DNA from: an archaeon
GTDB lineage: Archaea; Iainarchaeota; Iainarchaeia; Iainarchaeales; JAAZKV01
Length of the DNA stretch: 64,000 nucleotides
Assembly: GCA_041659525.1 (NCBI GenBank)
Contig: JBAZYC010000001.1
Span: 653,731 to 717,730 of the forward strand
Reading direction: 5' to 3'
Shown: one piece after another, positions 36,430 through 44,676 of the stretch
Layout of the letters: every line of letters starts with the position of its first letter
Numbering within the stretch: position 1 is the stretch's first letter
Program-made: the position numbers and the translations under genes
The notes under the pieces: generated by a model
Seen by the model: only the letters and a program-made list of their open reading frames with translations
What the model was told of the DNA's origin: nothing
Database searches by the model: none

Positions 36430-37218
36430 TTATGCAATAAAAACGCTTTTATAACCCCAATAAATATCTCGCTTTTCTTTTTTTGGATCAAGTAATTTTA
36501 AATCACATGACTTCTTTTTATCCAATATAAGTCTTAAATAAAGTGTTTTATCCATAGTCTTTTTTATAATTAAGTTAGTGGTAAGTTTCTCTTTTTTCAT
36601 ACGTTTGGTTTGCACAAACACAGAATATTCTTTTTCTTTGAATGATTGTAAAAATTTTTTTAAAGATAGGGGTTTGTTGTTGTGAAGAACTATAAACCTA
36701 GGCTGATATTTTTGTAATGTTTTTGGATATTTGCTAGAATAGTTATCAATATTGAGTAACGCTATGCCACCAATCTTTAAACAACGCCAAACTTCCTCAA
36801 TCACTTTATCTTTTCGTTTAATAAATTGTATTGATACCTGACTAACTATTATATCAAAAAAGGAATTCGGAAATCTGATTTTTTCAGCGTTATAAAACGC
36901 TAACTTTGGCAGGTGTATTGTTTGAATATCTTTTTGAGTAAAGATTTTGTAATAAAGAGCAGTTGTAATCAAACTATTCGAGTTTCTAATTATGTGGTTT
37001 GCTTTGTTATTTATACCATGGATCTCAATGTTAGGGAATGCTTTTGCTAATTCAACCAACAGCTTTCCCTCGCCACATCCAATCTCTAAAAGACGTACTT
37101 TTTTATTTGACTCACCCATCGACATTATTAGTTTGGTTAGAGTGGTTTTACCAAAACGGTCACCGAATTCTTTTACTCCCCTACTTCGTGTTATTTCTCC
37201 TCTAGGGTATTCTGTCAT
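36430..37218 (-). CDS. Class I SAM-dependent methyltransferase
   Basis: Motif I VRLLEIGCGEGKL. Last gene of the minus-strand operon 36430..41512. Confidence 0.75.
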   Translation of the reverse strand: MTEYPRGEITRSRGVKEFGDRFGKTTLTKLIMSMGESNKKVRLLEIGCGEGKLLVELAKAFPNIEIHGINNKANHIIRNSNSLITTALYYKIFTQKDIQTIHLPKLAFYNAEKIRFPNSFFDIIVSQVSIQFIKRKDKVIEEVWRCLKIGGIALLNIDNYSSKYPKTLQKYQPRFIVLHNNKPLSLKKFLQSFKEKEYSVFVQTKRMKKEKLTTNLIIKKTMDKTLYLRLILDKKKSCDLKLLDPKKEKRDIYWGYKSVFIA

Positions 37219-37224
37219 ACAGCA

Positions 37225-38241
37225 TCACAGTTTTAGTTTAGTGGCCATCGAGCGATTTTGGTAAGTGTATATGCAGTTTTTGCAAAATGAATAATTAATA
37301 TGGAGGCAGGATAATCTAAAGGCGGTTGCTTGCTTGCCAAACCAGATTTCATTAAGAGGGGTTGAGAAAGTGGAACCAATTTGGTTAGTTTGGTTTTCAA
37401 GAGCAAGACAGCAAGGGTATGCTTTACCATCAATATCAATTTCAAGCTGGAAGTAGGGTAAGAAACATTTTTTTTCATTTATAATTCCGTTTTCAAATCC
37501 TCGTTCAATGCTCTCAACTGGCAATTCAAGTTTTTTTGCAAGAGTAATCACTTTGTTTTTCTGGTTGATTAGTTTTGATAACCATTTGGTATTGGGTTCA
37601 AAATTTTTTCCTCCGACCTTACTTCTAATAGTAGTAAATGAAATGCTGTCATAATTATGAGTATTTTTAATCAACAAAATGTCTTCTAATTCTTGGTAGT
37701 TTTTTTCTGATAGAGTAGTGCTTATGCAAATTCTAATTTGGTTTCTTTTTTTATTTTTATTTAACGTATCAATTGCTTTTATTATTTTGTCAAAATTTCC
37801 TTTTACTCCTCTGATTGTGTCGTGGGTATTAGCAATTGCACCGTCAAGCGAAAAAACAAAAGTGAGTTTCATGTTCTTTATTTGTGCAAGCAAGTCTTTG
37901 TATTTATTTTGAAATAATAATCCGTTTGTTATTATAGTGGTGTTTATTTCTTTTTTTTCTAGAAAATTAAGAATTTGAATTATTTGTGGGTGGAGTAATG
38001 GTTCGCCACCTGATAGAATGACCTTTTTCAACCCAAGTTTTTTTGCGCTTGTTATTAATTTACAAAATGTTTCATAATCAAAAAAGGATATATCTTTCTG
38101 AGTCCAATAGTCACAAAAATCACAATGGGAATTACATGAATTAGTTAGTTTAAATTTTAATATTTCAAGTTTAAATGGTTCTGACTTTTGAAAGGATACC
38201 TTAAGTTCTGGTAGTTCATTTTTGTCAATATCTTTGTGCAT
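37225..38241 (-). CDS. Radical SAM protein with a Cys-rich C-terminal auxiliary (SPASM/twitch-like) region
   Basis: LTNSCNSHCDFCDYW (CX3CX2C), SGGEPLLHP, C-terminal CFLPY...PCCLALEN...CKNCIY. ATG at 38241 avoids an overlap with the DegT gene (track start 38286). Confidence 0.75.
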   Translation of the reverse strand: MHKDIDKNELPELKVSFQKSEPFKLEILKFKLTNSCNSHCDFCDYWTQKDISFFDYETFCKLITSAKKLGLKKVILSGGEPLLHPQIIQILNFLEKKEINTTIITNGLLFQNKYKDLLAQIKNMKLTFVFSLDGAIANTHDTIRGVKGNFDKIIKAIDTLNKNKKRNQIRICISTTLSEKNYQELEDILLIKNTHNYDSISFTTIRSKVGGKNFEPNTKWLSKLINQKNKVITLAKKLELPVESIERGFENGIINEKKCFLPYFQLEIDIDGKAYPCCLALENQTNQIGSTFSTPLNEIWFGKQATAFRLSCLHINYSFCKNCIYTYQNRSMATKLKL

Positions 38242-38251
38242 AATATAACCA

Positions 38252-39358
38252 TCAGGATTTGTAATAACTTTCAATTGTCTTAACAATATAATTTATTTGT
38301 CTTGTTGAAAGATCAGGGTACATTGGAAGCGATATTATTTCCTTTACAACCGTTTCAGTTTTGGGTAATTCTTTAGAGTACTTAGCAAAAATAGGTTGTT
38401 GGTGCAGTGGTATTGGGTAATGAATTCCAGAAGCTATGCCATTTTGTTTTAACTTGTCAACAAGATTTTTTCTATCCTCTTGTTCAACTCGAATAACATA
38501 TTGATGAAATACATGTTTTGCGTTTTGTCTAGTGAGGGGTGTTGCAACAAGAGTTTTCAATTTTTTTGAATATTGTTTTGCTACTCTTATGCGTTTCATG
38601 TTTTGTATATCAAGTGTAGTTAAGTTTTGTCTTCCCATAGCCGCCCTTATTTCATCAAGTCTAAAGTTCATAGAAACTTCAGAACTTGAGAATTTTCCAT
38701 TTTGGCTTGAATAATCTCTTCCTTGATCTCTAAATATCTGACATTTTTTGTTTAATTCAAGATTGTTTGTAAGAACCATCCCGCCATCACCAAGTACTGA
38801 CAGGTTTTTTGTTGGAAAGAACGAAAAACAACTCAAGTCGCCAAAACTCCCTGCTTTTTTACCATTTAATTCAGCTCCGTGTGCTTGTGCTGTGTCTTCA
38901 ATAAAAGCTATGTTATTTTGCTTACAAAATCTTTCTATTTTTTCATTATCCGCAGTTTGACCATATAAATCAACGGCTATAAGTGCCTTTACATTCGTTA
39001 AGTCTTGTTCTTTTAGTGAAACATAATCAATAGTAAAGTATTCATCAATATCAACGAATACTGGTACTGCGCCAAGCATTAATATTGGAGATGCAGTTCC
39101 AACAAAAGTGTGTGAAGGTACAATAATTTTGTCACCGGCCTTTATCCCAAGTGCTTTTAATGCTATATAAATTGCGACAGTGCCACTACTTACCCCCACT
39201 CCAAATTTTCGTTCACAATAATTAGCAAATTTTTCTTCAAAAGACTCTAAAACAGGTCCTTTAACATACACTCCACTTTCAAGTGTTTTTTTTACAGCAT
39301 TTAACATTGCTGATGAAATTTTTTGGGGTTTGAATAATGGAATCAAACTTTCACCCAA
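38252..39358 (-). CDS. DegT/DnrJ/EryC1/StrS-family PLP-dependent sugar aminotransferase
   Basis: FEEKFANYC, TAQAHGA, and FSFFPTKNLSVLGDGG carrying the PLP lysine. Confidence 0.85.
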   Translation of the reverse strand: MGESLIPLFKPQKISSAMLNAVKKTLESGVYVKGPVLESFEEKFANYCERKFGVGVSSGTVAIYIALKALGIKAGDKIIVPSHTFVGTASPILMLGAVPVFVDIDEYFTIDYVSLKEQDLTNVKALIAVDLYGQTADNEKIERFCKQNNIAFIEDTAQAHGAELNGKKAGSFGDLSCFSFFPTKNLSVLGDGGMVLTNNLELNKKCQIFRDQGRDYSSQNGKFSSSEVSMNFRLDEIRAAMGRQNLTTLDIQNMKRIRVAKQYSKKLKTLVATPLTRQNAKHVFHQYVIRVEQEDRKNLVDKLKQNGIASGIHYPIPLHQQPIFAKYSKELPKTETVVKEIISLPMYPDLSTRQINYIVKTIESYYKS

Positions 39359-40323
39359 GTTTTCTTTTTTGAAGATTTGTACAAACTTTCAATGACTTCC
39401 ATTGTGCTAATTATTGCTTTAAAGTCATTAGTATTGTTGTTAATTGTTGTAACAAAGGATTGGAATGCACGCAAGTTGTTCTCAATATTCGTTTCATAAG
39501 GCGCAAAATCGAAAATGTGAGTGTCTTCTTTGAATTGTTTCATTAATACTTTACCACCTAAATTAATATTGCTTACAAGCAATTCTCCATTTGTCCCACT
39601 AATCTCAAGCTCATCATGTAAATCAGGGTAAGTACAGGTACTTAACCTAAAATAAACAATAGTGCCATTCGCATATTCAAATACTACTAGTGCGGTGTCT
39701 TCGACATTTGTTTTGGTAAACTTATTAATTTTTGTGACACAATAGACTCTTTTTGGTTTTCCCAACCATTGTATAGTGAAATCAATAAAGTGTATTGCTT
39801 GATTTATTATCACTCCTCCACCAGCTTGTTTTTTACTTCCTCTCCAACCAGTATAATAGGATTCATCACGGAGCCAATTCATTTTGAAATTTACAAATAC
39901 TATTTTCCCAAATACTTTTGTTAAGTCATTATTTTTGAGGGCTTTAAATATTCTTGATTGTCTATATTGAAAATTAACTTGAAGTCGGCATTTGTTTCTT
40001 TTACATGCATTAATTATTCTTTTAGTATCTTTTAGGTTAGTTGTTATTGGTTTTTCAATATACAAGTGTTTGCCTTTTTTTGCAGTAAGGAGAGCAATTT
40101 TTGTGTGGGTTGCTGGGGGAGTCGCTATTATAAGCGCATCCACAAAGTTAAGCATTTCAGGAACACTTTTTGCGACAACAGCGTTTAGTTTATTCCCAAT
40201 TAGATTTGCCCGAGTATTATCAATATCATAGACCTGTGTTATTTGAGCATTTTTAATTTTGCTAAGTATTGTCACATATTTTTCTGCAATTTGCCCGCAA
40301 CCAACTAAACCAAAATTAATCAT
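39343..40323 (-). CDS. Gfo/Idh/MocA-family NAD-dependent sugar oxidoreductase
   Basis: INFGLVGCGQIAEKY Rossmann start and the LYIEKP motif. Pairing with the DegT gene resembles WbpB/WbpE-type 3-amino-sugar synthesis. Confidence 0.8.
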   Translation of the reverse strand: MINFGLVGCGQIAEKYVTILSKIKNAQITQVYDIDNTRANLIGNKLNAVVAKSVPEMLNFVDALIIATPPATHTKIALLTAKKGKHLYIEKPITTNLKDTKRIINACKRNKCRLQVNFQYRQSRIFKALKNNDLTKVFGKIVFVNFKMNWLRDESYYTGWRGSKKQAGGGVIINQAIHFIDFTIQWLGKPKRVYCVTKINKFTKTNVEDTALVVFEYANGTIVYFRLSTCTYPDLHDELEISGTNGELLVSNINLGGKVLMKQFKEDTHIFDFAPYETNIENNLRAFQSFVTTINNNTNDFKAIISTMEVIESLYKSSKKKTWVKV

Positions 40324-41512
40324 GTTTTGCCCCAAGGATAGTAAGAATTTGCTTAGCTGTTTTTCTGTTATCTAAGTTTATTTCATAATCAGCTTTTTTT
40401 GACTTTAGGACTTCTCTAAATGTTTTTCTAAAACTAGCATAATCCACATATCGTTCATCAAAGAATTCAATTAGCCCTTGCCTTGAAACTTTTATACTTC
40501 TAAACATTTCTTCCTCAGTTCTTCCAACTTCAGGGAATAATATTGCTTTAGCGTTTGTTAGTAATATTTCAGCCACTGTATTATATCCTGCTCTGCTAAT
40601 AACAATGTCGGCTACATTTATTTCCTCAATTAGGCTTGAGCTAAAATTAGAGAGTATAATGTTTGGATTGTTTCTGGTCTGTGCTTCAATTTGTTTTTTT
40701 ATTTTTGCATCCAAATATAAATCTAACTGGATTTTTAACAAGTATTTTTTTGGCAGTTCATTAAATGCAGTAAGCACATATTGAAATATTTTTTCAATAT
40801 CTCCTATTCTCCCCAAAGTTACTAAAATAAGTTTTTTGTTTTTTAAATGAAGTCGCTTTATTGTTGCTTGTTTGTCTAAATCTTGTTTATTTTTTGCAGT
40901 AATTAGTCCATGATACGTTATTTTTGAACAAAAATCGTCTGAAAAACCATATTCTTTTTTGTAATCAATAACGCTTTTATTATCCATCACAAAAACATGG
41001 TCATACAAATTAGGAACATCTATTGATTCAAGTAAATGTTGATTCCTAGTGTAGTTTACAAGTAATTCCTTTGGCGAATCAATTATACCTCTTGATACTA
41101 ACCCTAACTTGAAAGCTTTTCGGTTTCGCCACTTTTCAAGAATTATTGGAGCAAGCTCCCAAGCTTGACCCGTCATATTATGTTCCACAAGTACTATATC
41201 TGGTTTAAATGATTCAAAAGTTACATTAATGATGTTTTGTCGTAACTTGAATAATTCTGATAAATCCATTTTGAGATATCTTGGCACGAGCTTTTGTTTT
41301 CCATTTTCAAATAGTATTTTAGTTGAAGGTAATTTTATTACCTCAATATTATTTTGAATAAAAACTTGAGGGATATCAGTTCCAGCAATAATTAGTATTT
41401 CTGTGTTAGGATTAGTTGATTTTATGCCCAAAGCCAATGCGAGAACCCTGTTTGTGTGTCCATGTCCAACGGAATTATTGGTGTATAGCAATATTTTGGG
41501 GTTCTTTTTCAT
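40316..41512 (-). CDS. GT-B glycosyltransferase with a MurG/GT28-like C-terminal domain
   Basis: KILLYTNNSVGHGHTNRVLALALGI N-terminus and ISRAGYNTVAEILLTNAKAILFP C-terminal motif. Confidence 0.65.
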   Translation of the reverse strand: MKKNPKILLYTNNSVGHGHTNRVLALALGIKSTNPNTEILIIAGTDIPQVFIQNNIEVIKLPSTKILFENGKQKLVPRYLKMDLSELFKLRQNIINVTFESFKPDIVLVEHNMTGQAWELAPIILEKWRNRKAFKLGLVSRGIIDSPKELLVNYTRNQHLLESIDVPNLYDHVFVMDNKSVIDYKKEYGFSDDFCSKITYHGLITAKNKQDLDKQATIKRLHLKNKKLILVTLGRIGDIEKIFQYVLTAFNELPKKYLLKIQLDLYLDAKIKKQIEAQTRNNPNIILSNFSSSLIEEINVADIVISRAGYNTVAEILLTNAKAILFPEVGRTEEEMFRSIKVSRQGLIEFFDERYVDYASFRKTFREVLKSKKADYEINLDNRKTAKQILTILGAKHD

Positions 41513-41629
41513 AAAATCAATCCTTTACATAAAAATTAGTGTGGAGTTAAATTTATCAATTTTTGTTATATCCATTTTAAATTTATTTTTTGAAATTATA
41601 TTCTTATGGCAAAATTTGCTCTAAATTCT

Positions 41630-41941
41630 TCATTTCATAGACTTTTTCTTATAGCTTGTCGTAATTAGTTGTTTTATTTCTGGGACTATTGTTTGTTGAA
41701 GGTTTTCCGACTCAACGATTTTTACTAGCCATCCTTCTGTTTTGATGGTTCCTGTTTGGGTGAGGTCAGAAATTGTTTGATCTAATTGTTTTTCATTATA
41801 ATTTGTTAAGCAGAGTAATTCGTGTTTGGAATAATACTTTTTGTCATAAAGGAGCCAGAATAAGAGTTTTTGGTGTACTTGTCCAAAATTTGGGTGTTCT
41901 TGAGCTTTTTTGAAATAAGCATTATCGAGTACTGTCATCAT
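41630..41941 (-). CDS. Small hypothetical protein, possible winged-helix regulator
   Basis: 103 aa. HELLCLTNYNEKQLDQTISDLTQTGTIK is an HTH-like segment. Its start codon directly abuts the stop of the upstream 55-aa ORF (TAAATG). Confidence 0.45.
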   Translation of the reverse strand: MMTVLDNAYFKKAQEHPNFGQVHQKLLFWLLYDKKYYSKHELLCLTNYNEKQLDQTISDLTQTGTIKTEGWLVKIVESENLQQTIVPEIKQLITTSYKKKSMK

Positions 41942-42109
41942 TTAAGGCTCACCAATAATTATGCTTTCTAAAGGAATTGATGGTTTTTTGAAAAAGAGTT
42001 GCTTTGTTTGTGTTTTGTGTTCAACGAGTAAAAAGTTTTCCGAGGCTAAGTTTGAAATTATTTCTTGGACTTGAGAAAAATCCTCGTAACCAATAATTCT
42101 CTCTTCCAT
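41942..42109 (-). CDS. Unannotated 55-aa ORF translationally coupled to 41630..41941
   Basis: MEERIIGYEDFSQVQEIISNLASENFLLVEHKTQTKQLFFKKPSIPLESIIIGEP. Below the track cutoff. The stop TAA is immediately followed by the next gene's ATG. Confidence 0.4.
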   Translation of the reverse strand: MEERIIGYEDFSQVQEIISNLASENFLLVEHKTQTKQLFFKKPSIPLESIIIGEP

Positions 42110-42153
42110 GCTAACATAGCTGCTAGAGGGATTAATATTAATGAAGTAGAAAT

Positions 42154-42175
42154 TAAATCAACTAAAAAGTTGATT
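42154..42175. promoter_or_regulatory. Palindromic operator-like site AAATCAAC-TAAAAA-GTTGATTT (copy 1)
   Basis: Perfect 8-bp inverted arms with a 6-nt spacer. Lies in the divergent intergenic region between the 55-aa ORF (42109) and the Nudix gene (42233). The 20-nt string ATCAACTAAAAAGTTGATTT (42156-42175) recurs at 44070-44089. Confidence 0.6.
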
Positions 42176-42232
42176 TTTCTTAGCAATAAGTTTTTCTTAA
42201 CTAATTTTGTAACATTGTTAAGGTGTTAGTAA

Positions 42233-42622
42233 ATGAAGCATGTTGATTCAGTAATTTTGTTTGTTTTTAATAAAAATAAAGATAAGGTTTTGATGATTGA
42301 ACGAGTAAAGAATCACTTTGGCTTTGATTGGGGCTTTGTGTGTGGAAAATTTGAAGAGGGGGAAACGGCAGACGAGTGTGCAGTAAGAGAGCTTTATGAA
42401 GAATTGGGGCTCAAAGGGCTTGTTTTAAAAAAATTTAAACAAGTAAAACACAAAAAAGATAATGAAACTTATTATCATTATTATTATGTCACTACAATTT
42501 CTGAATCTGCTCAAAAAATTAATTTCAAAAAAGACGAGATTAAGAGTGTTGTTTGGTTCAAACTTAATGAATTACCTAAAAGTAGGGCTCCTGATGATCC
42601 ATTTGAGGCAATTTCAAAATAA
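42233..42622 (+). CDS. Nudix hydrolase (A)
   Basis: Complete Nudix box GKFEEGETADECAVRELYEELGL. AAGGTG SD. Confidence 0.85.
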   Translation: MKHVDSVILFVFNKNKDKVLMIERVKNHFGFDWGFVCGKFEEGETADECAVRELYEELGLKGLVLKKFKQVKHKKDNETYYHYYYVTTISESAQKINFKKDEIKSVVWFKLNELPKSRAPDDPFEAISK

Positions 42623-42625
42623 GTC

Positions 42626-42913
42626 TTACTCTAAAATTATTCTTTTCTCAAAAGCCCCATTCTTCAAATTCTTTTTCTTTCTTAACTCGTTAATTTCTTC
42701 TTCAGTTGCCCCATATTCTTTTGCTAATGTAAGAGCAACTTCAATTAAATCAGCGATTTCTTCAATATTCCTATCTTCTTTCACTTCTTTTAGCTCTTCT
42801 TCAAGCTTAGCTATTAGGGCTTCTTCAAACTCTTTCTTATTAGCAATATGTGTTTTTGCGGTGTCCCCTTTACTTTGAATTATGTTTGGAATATTGTCTC
42901 GAACTAGTTTCAT
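42626..42913 (-). CDS. MazG-like all-alpha nucleoside triphosphate pyrophosphohydrolase
   Basis: MKLVRDNIPNII start and an EELKEVKED...EEIADLIEV acidic metal-binding helix pair. 95 aa. Confidence 0.7.
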   Translation of the reverse strand: MKLVRDNIPNIIQSKGDTAKTHIANKKEFEEALIAKLEEELKEVKEDRNIEEIADLIEVALTLAKEYGATEEEINELRKKKNLKNGAFEKRIILE

Positions 42914-42965
42914 ACAAATTACCTTTAAAGTAAGTGCTGTGAGATATATTATTCTGTCTTTTAAT

Positions 42966-43532
42966 TTATTTTTTTGTTTTTAATTGCCTTTTTAACATTA
43001 GCTCTGGTTTTCCTGCATTGAGCTCTTTACTTGTTTTTATGTTTAATGATTTAATGAAATCGTTTATTTTTTTCTTTACAATTAAGGGGTTTTTGGTTGT
43101 TTCTTTTGATTCAATTTCTAAAAACACTCCCAAACCTTTTACCTCTTCTAAAACTATTTCAAACTCTTTTGTTTCAAAAGTGTGTTTGGTATTATTCAAT
43201 TCGACTAGTTTTGTGTAACCTAATAAGCTGATTATTTTGTTAGTAGTTTCGAATTCTTTTATTTCAGTCTCATATTCATCTGAATAAACCCAAACTCCTT
43301 TTTTGTCAAATCTATCTATTTTGTATGCTAAAAAGTATTTGCCTTGTTTTGATCTTATTCTAAAACACTCCTTTGGAAAAGAGTTTCCTTTTGGTTTAAG
43401 TTTTTCGTTTTGTTCGTGAAAATAGTAAATGTCTTTAGTGTGCTTTACGATTTCCTTTGATGTTTTTGAAAGTTTCTTTAAGGCAATTTCCTTATCTTCA
43501 AATAACTCCACTAATACTTCTATTTCTTTCAT
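42966..43532 (-). CDS. CYTH-domain protein (CyaB / triphosphate tunnel metalloenzyme family)
   Basis: N-terminal KEIEVLVE strand and C-terminal EEVKGLGVFLEIE, typical of class IV cyclase/ThTPase-type CYTH proteins. Confidence 0.7.
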   Translation of the reverse strand: MKEIEVLVELFEDKEIALKKLSKTSKEIVKHTKDIYYFHEQNEKLKPKGNSFPKECFRIRSKQGKYFLAYKIDRFDKKGVWVYSDEYETEIKEFETTNKIISLLGYTKLVELNNTKHTFETKEFEIVLEEVKGLGVFLEIESKETTKNPLIVKKKINDFIKSLNIKTSKELNAGKPELMLKRQLKTKK

Positions 43533-44002
43533 TTTTTCATCTTCAAAAATTTTTCAATAGCTTCACTTGTTTCTTTGAAGGTGAATGTTTTTTTAGTTGT
43601 TTGGATGGGGGTAAAAAATATTTCGCTTATTTCACTGGTTTTTGGTTTTAAATCACTTGGAGAACCCAAATATTCTACAAAAAAGAGGGTTGTTTTTTGG
43701 CTTGAGTATTTTGCGTTTTCTTTTTTTGGAAAATCAAAATTAATGCCAAAAGGCAATTTTTTTAGTACCCTAATCTTGTTTGTTCCCAATTCTTCATTTA
43801 TTTCTCTCCAAATGGCCTGCTCAGGAGTTTCACCGAGTTTGATTCCTCCTTTAGGAATATCTATTTCTTCAATTTTTTCGTTTTCCAAAATATCTTCTCG
43901 CATTACTTTTTTTACAGCGACAATTTGATTAGGTTTCCCTTTACAAACAATAATTGCTCCAACAGCATTTCTAATTGGTAACTGATTTTCGATTGATTCC
44001 AT
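43529..44002 (-). CDS. Nudix hydrolase (B)
   Basis: Nudix box GGIKLGETPEQAIWREINEELG. 4-nt overlap with the CYTH gene start. Confidence 0.85.
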   Translation of the reverse strand: MESIENQLPIRNAVGAIIVCKGKPNQIVAVKKVMREDILENEKIEEIDIPKGGIKLGETPEQAIWREINEELGTNKIRVLKKLPFGINFDFPKKENAKYSSQKTTLFFVEYLGSPSDLKPKTSEISEIFFTPIQTTKKTFTFKETSEAIEKFLKMKK

Positions 44003-44058
44003 TCTTACAGCCTCTTTGAAAATACTAAATACAGAGTTTTCACGTTATTATAGGTTAA

Positions 44059-44089
44059 GTTGATTTTTTATCAACTAAAAAGTTGATTT
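44059..44089. promoter_or_regulatory. Palindromic operator-like site (copy 2, with an extra half-site): GTTGAT-TTTTT-ATCAAC-TAAAAA-GTTGATTT
   Basis: Contains the same 20-nt core ATCAACTAAAAAGTTGATTT as 42156..42175. Lies just upstream of a TATAATAA box for the Nudix B-CYTH-MazG operon. Confidence 0.6.
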
Positions 44090-44092
44090 ATT

Positions 44093-44557
44093 TTAATATT
44101 TTTTTATTAGTAGTTCTGTAACTTTTTCTTTGTCATAAGTTATTTTAGCAGTGAATATTCCTTTTTTGTTTAATAATGGTAGGAAATAGTAGTCTCCTTT
44201 CCACATGTTAAGTTTTTTTAGATTTTTGTTTTCTATCCATTCCAAGTCTCCTTCATTGCATTCAATTAGTTTTCCAGAAAACTTTTTTGATATGAATACA
44301 AAAACCATTGTGTATTCACCGTTATTTGTTTGGGGGTAAGTTATTATTCCTTTGAGAATTGGTTCTATTTGTAGTCCTGTTTCTTCAAGTGATTCTCTTT
44401 TTACTGCTTCTTCTGGGCTTTCGTTATGTTCTATTTTTCCTCCGACACCATTCCATTTTCCTTTATGGATATCGTTTTCTTTTTTTGTACGATGAAGCAT
44501 TAAGGTTTTTCCATTTTTTTGAATATAACACAAAACAGTCATTTTTATAGGAGTCAT
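44093..44557 (-). CDS. Nudix hydrolase (C), MutT-like
   Basis: Nudix box GGKIEHNESPEEAVKRESLEETGL. Confidence 0.85.
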   Translation of the reverse strand: MTPIKMTVLCYIQKNGKTLMLHRTKKENDIHKGKWNGVGGKIEHNESPEEAVKRESLEETGLQIEPILKGIITYPQTNNGEYTMVFVFISKKFSGKLIECNEGDLEWIENKNLKKLNMWKGDYYFLPLLNKKGIFTAKITYDKEKVTELLIKKY

Positions 44558-44676
44558 AGTAAAAAGAAGGTTTGCTAGTATTTATTCTTTACTAATTTTT
44601 CGACAAAGTATTATCTACTTCGTTTGTGATTAGGGGTTTGTAGAATTTTTTTAAGTTGTCTGATTTTCAATCCAAA

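Noticed and set aside
42462-42878. 138-aa plus-strand ORF overlapping the end of Nudix A and antisense to the MazG-like gene
   Set aside because: It is a low-complexity S/F/L-rich translation opposite a gene with clear MazG-like motifs, so it is spurious.
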